From a virus (Duplodnaviria; Caudoviricetes), in IMG/VR virus record IMGVR_UViG_3300032313_000292, positions 1-39,757 of that record: a DNA stretch of 39,757 bases, one strand, 5' to 3'. This document shows positions 37,564 to 39,757 of the stretch, one piece after another (the stretch's first letter is position 1; each line of letters begins with the position of its first letter). The position numbers were made by a program, and so were the translations under genes. The notes beneath the pieces are model-generated. The model did not search any database. It saw only the letters and a list, made by a program, of their open reading frames with translations, and had not been told where the DNA came from.

Positions 37564-37585
37564 AACTGATACCGCAATATCAGTT
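37564..37585. repeat. 22-bp palindrome copy 6: AACTGATA-CCGCAA-TATCAGTT
   Basis: Upstream of the first early gene, embedded in a longer hairpin. Confidence 0.9.
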
Positions 37586-38039
37586 ATGTATTCGTACTAA
37601 GTAATTACTAATCGCAACGACAACCGAACACGCCATGCTCAACGCAAGCCCATGCGATTGCTCTAATAGTTTCTTTAGTAATTGGTTCGCCACGCTTTAT
37701 GAGTAGCACCATTGCATCAACTTCTTCGTCACTCATTATTGTTCCGTCTTCATATTGCACAGACATATGTTCTCCGTTTGTTTATGTATGACTCGCCATG
37801 TTTGGCGTGCCTCTTACAACAAGTGTGGGGTCGGATTTGTGAAACGGGCTTGTTGCGAATAAGGCTCGTTTCATTGGGCTTTTGCGTGCACAGGACACAG
37901 GGGAGGGTGGGCCCCCCCGGCACCCAGCGAATAAAAGGATGGCGATAAGACAGAGCCGTACAACTAATTTTCTAAAAAGGGGGTGGGGATAGAAGAAAAG
38001 GGTACCTTTTCCTTATATAATATAGGTTTTATTCTATTT

Positions 38040-38432
38040 TTATGAACGTGCTTGTTTGCCAGCCTGTTTTGCTGGCTTTGTGTTCGCCACAAATTGCTTA
38101 CCCTGCTTGGATGCGGCTATCTTTTTCTTGTTGGTTGCAGCCTTTTGGGCTGGTGTTAGTTTGTTCCATGCAGCGTCTGGTAGGTAGCGTGTTGTGCCAC
38201 CTGCACGTTGTGCTGGTTTGCCATCTGATGTGCGCCACTTTTCTCCAGTCCACTTTGTGAGACTCGATTGGGCTGCTGTTTTGGCACCAGAGTAACCACC
38301 GCCAGCCTTCTTGTATTCTGAGGCTAATAGTTGTGCTTTGCGTGCTGACCATTGTCCGGGTTTGCCACCTTTGGAACCAGCCATGATTCTGTTTTTGATT
38401 TGTTCTCGTTTGGCTGGGTTTGTGTACGCCAC
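38040..38432 (-). CDS. Basic phage protein (DUF5872-like)
   Basis: GGKPGQWSARKAQLL...Y...GGGY and RYLP..AW motifs; GTG start overlapping the upstream TAG. Confidence 0.75.
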   Translation of the reverse strand: MAYTNPAKREQIKNRIMAGSKGGKPGQWSARKAQLLASEYKKAGGGYSGAKTAAQSSLTKWTGEKWRTSDGKPAQRAGGTTRYLPDAAWNKLTPAQKAATNKKKIAASKQGKQFVANTKPAKQAGKQARS

Positions 38433-38713
38433 TAGCAGTTCCATTTCTTCAAGGCAAGAGCCTTGCGGGTTGGTCTACCTTTTTCGTCTTTCATTGGTCC
38501 CGGCATACCACCCATACGGGAACAAAAGTTCTTTCTACGGTTCGCTGCTTTAGAACCGGGTTTGAGTTTTGATGGCTTTGTTGTGACCGCCATCTGTAGT
38601 TTAGAACCGGGGTTCTCTTTACGGTAAGACGCAACACCTTTACGGTTCAAGCCCCCTTTAGGGTCTTTCCCTTCCTTGCGTTGCCATGCAGCAGTTTTCT
38701 TTTTCGTTGCCAT
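38432..38713 (-). CDS. Basic phage protein (DUF6321-like)
   Basis: KDPKGGLN.KG, RRKNFCSRM.GM.GPMKDEKGRPTR and KWNC motifs. Confidence 0.75.
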   Translation of the reverse strand: MATKKKTAAWQRKEGKDPKGGLNRKGVASYRKENPGSKLQMAVTTKPSKLKPGSKAANRRKNFCSRMGGMPGPMKDEKGRPTRKALALKKWNC

Positions 38714-38885
38714 GTCTTTACCTTTTGAAACTGTGTTCGTAGCCTGCGAGCCAACCTTCGCTCTTAGGAGCGAGGTTGGACATGTCTTGCCTTCCCCCCA
38801 TCCCTACCCTTCCCCCCATTCCGTTACATATCTTTCTGCGTTCACAACACCACTCACAGTGGTCGTAACGAAACGGCTTTATTGT

Positions 38886-39026
38886 ATGAAACCACGAAGA
38901 GCAGAGCCATTTCCAAACCCCAAGCGAGATGGAAAGACTGCACCGCCACCTACAAAAAAACTGCCGAAGCGACCACCGCTTCGCTCTAAACCTCGTAAGC
39001 CAAACCTTAAGCCCTACGGTCAATGA
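38886..39026 (+). CDS. Small Pro/Lys-rich protein (46 aa)
   Basis: ATG 21 nt after a GTAACGA motif; ATGA coupling to the small terminase gene. Confidence 0.55.
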   Translation: MKPRRAEPFPNPKRDGKTAPPPTKKLPKRPPLRSKPRKPNLKPYGQ

Positions 39027-39457
39027 AACAGAACGAAGAACTGACGCTCACAAGCCAACAGCAGGAATACCTTGATTGGCTTCTCACAGCCCCTAGCGAG
39101 CGTGTACCGCCTTCCAAGAAGCAGATGGCTGTGCACGTAGGCGTCGATGTCAAGACACTCCGCCGATGGGAAAAGAAAGAAGTATTCCTTAGTCAGTGGA
39201 AAGAGGCGGTTGACGAAGTTCAGGGGTCGCCTGAGCGTACTCAGCGCTTGCTGGACACTCTGTACAGCAAAGCGCTTGATGGTGATACCAAGTCTGCACA
39301 GTTGTATTTGCAGGCAACGAACCGTATGGCTCCGCCTACGGTAACGGTTCAGTCTAATAAGAAAGCAGCAGAACTTTCTGATGCTGAGTTGGATTCTTTA
39401 ATCGCTGCGGTAGCGGAGCGAGAGAAGGCTCAACGTACACACTTGAAGGCATTGTGA
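39023..39457 (+). CDS. terS: Terminase small subunit (N-terminal HTH)
   Basis: A..VGVD.KTL.RW.K...F HTH and L..KAL.GD..SA.LYLQ motifs. Confidence 0.7.
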   Translation: MKQNEELTLTSQQQEYLDWLLTAPSERVPPSKKQMAVHVGVDVKTLRRWEKKEVFLSQWKEAVDEVQGSPERTQRLLDTLYSKALDGDTKSAQLYLQATNRMAPPTVTVQSNKKAAELSDAELDSLIAAVAEREKAQRTHLKAL

Positions 39458-39459
39458 AC

Positions 39460-39594
39460 ATGGTTGAATGTCCTGAGTGTGGCGAGGAGTATCCACCTGT
39501 GGCAACACATTGGATTTGTCCAGCGTGTGGGATTGATGACAGGGCACAGCCGAAGATGGCTGTATTTGAAGTGAGGGATTATGGCGACAACTAA
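39460..39594 (+). CDS. Small zinc-ribbon protein (44 aa; not in the ORF track)
   Basis: MVECPECGEEYPPVATHWICPACG...; fills the gap. Confidence 0.6.
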   Translation: MVECPECGEEYPPVATHWICPACGIDDRAQPKMAVFEVRDYGDN

Positions 39595-39757
39595 CGATGC
39601 GATGTTTAGCGCTCTTTCGGTAGCGTATCCGTCGACCGGTCAGACCCTTGGTGACTTGCTGTATGCGTTCTGGTCTGAGAAGGGTTTGCAGTATCGTGGA
39701 ACTTTGGAGTATGAGTTCTATGTAGCGAACGGTGCTACGGGCACAACCTTGGGTGAT
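39581..39757 (+). CDS. 5' part of the junction-spanning hypothetical protein (ends at 264)
   Basis: GAGG SD and an open frame continuing into the terminal repeat. Confidence 0.75.
   Translation, partial: MATTNDAMFSALSVAYPSTGQTLGDLLYAFWSEKGLQYRGTLEYEFYVANGATGTTLGD
39635..39757. repeat. Terminal direct repeat, right copy
   Basis: Identical to 1-123. Confidence 0.95.

Noticed and set aside
31117-37585. Palindromes as a CRISPR array, with the Cas4-like nuclease as a cas gene
   Set aside because: Intervals are 359-3169 bp and contain whole genes. The nuclease sits in an ordinary replication module and no other cas genes are seen.
37712-37948. 78-aa + strand ORF in the large intergenic region
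   Set aside because: TTG start, no SD, atypical composition, and it opposes both neighbours.
39635-39757. 123-bp terminal repeat as a biological DTR
   Set aside because: It falls inside a continuous ORF and is better explained as assembler overlap of a circular contig.
1-39757. Integrase, DNA polymerase, reverse transcriptase/DGR, tRNA genes or stop-codon recoding
   Set aside because: No diagnostic motifs were recognised by eye, and genes pack tightly under the standard code with all three stops in use.

Overview
The window is a complete, circularly assembled tailed-phage genome of about 39,634 bp; bases 1-123 are repeated exactly at 39635-39757. The virion module is podovirus-like: terminases, portal, scaffold, major capsid, adaptor, nozzle, putative ejection proteins including a 2662-aa giant, and an M15-type endolysin, all on the + strand. 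The - strand arm carries a sigma-region-4 protein, RusA, an AEP primase, a DnaB-like helicase, a PD-(D/E)XK exonuclease, a secreted lytic transglycosylase, WhiB, a class II glutamine amidotransferase and two paralogous amidoligases. WhiB points to an actinobacterial host. I recognised no DNA polymerase, integrase, repressor, tRNA or CRISPR array. The most interesting unexplained signals are non-coding. (1) Six copies of a 22-bp palindrome, AACTGATA-N6-TATCAGTT, sit at gene boundaries of the early arm and split it into cassette-like units, two of which each carry one amidoligase paralogue. (2) Several long hairpins have mismatches that are all G-U pairs on the - strand RNA. (3) A GTAAC(G/A)A motif lies 21-23 nt upstream of late-gene start codons. 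All product calls come from motif recognition by eye, without database searches.
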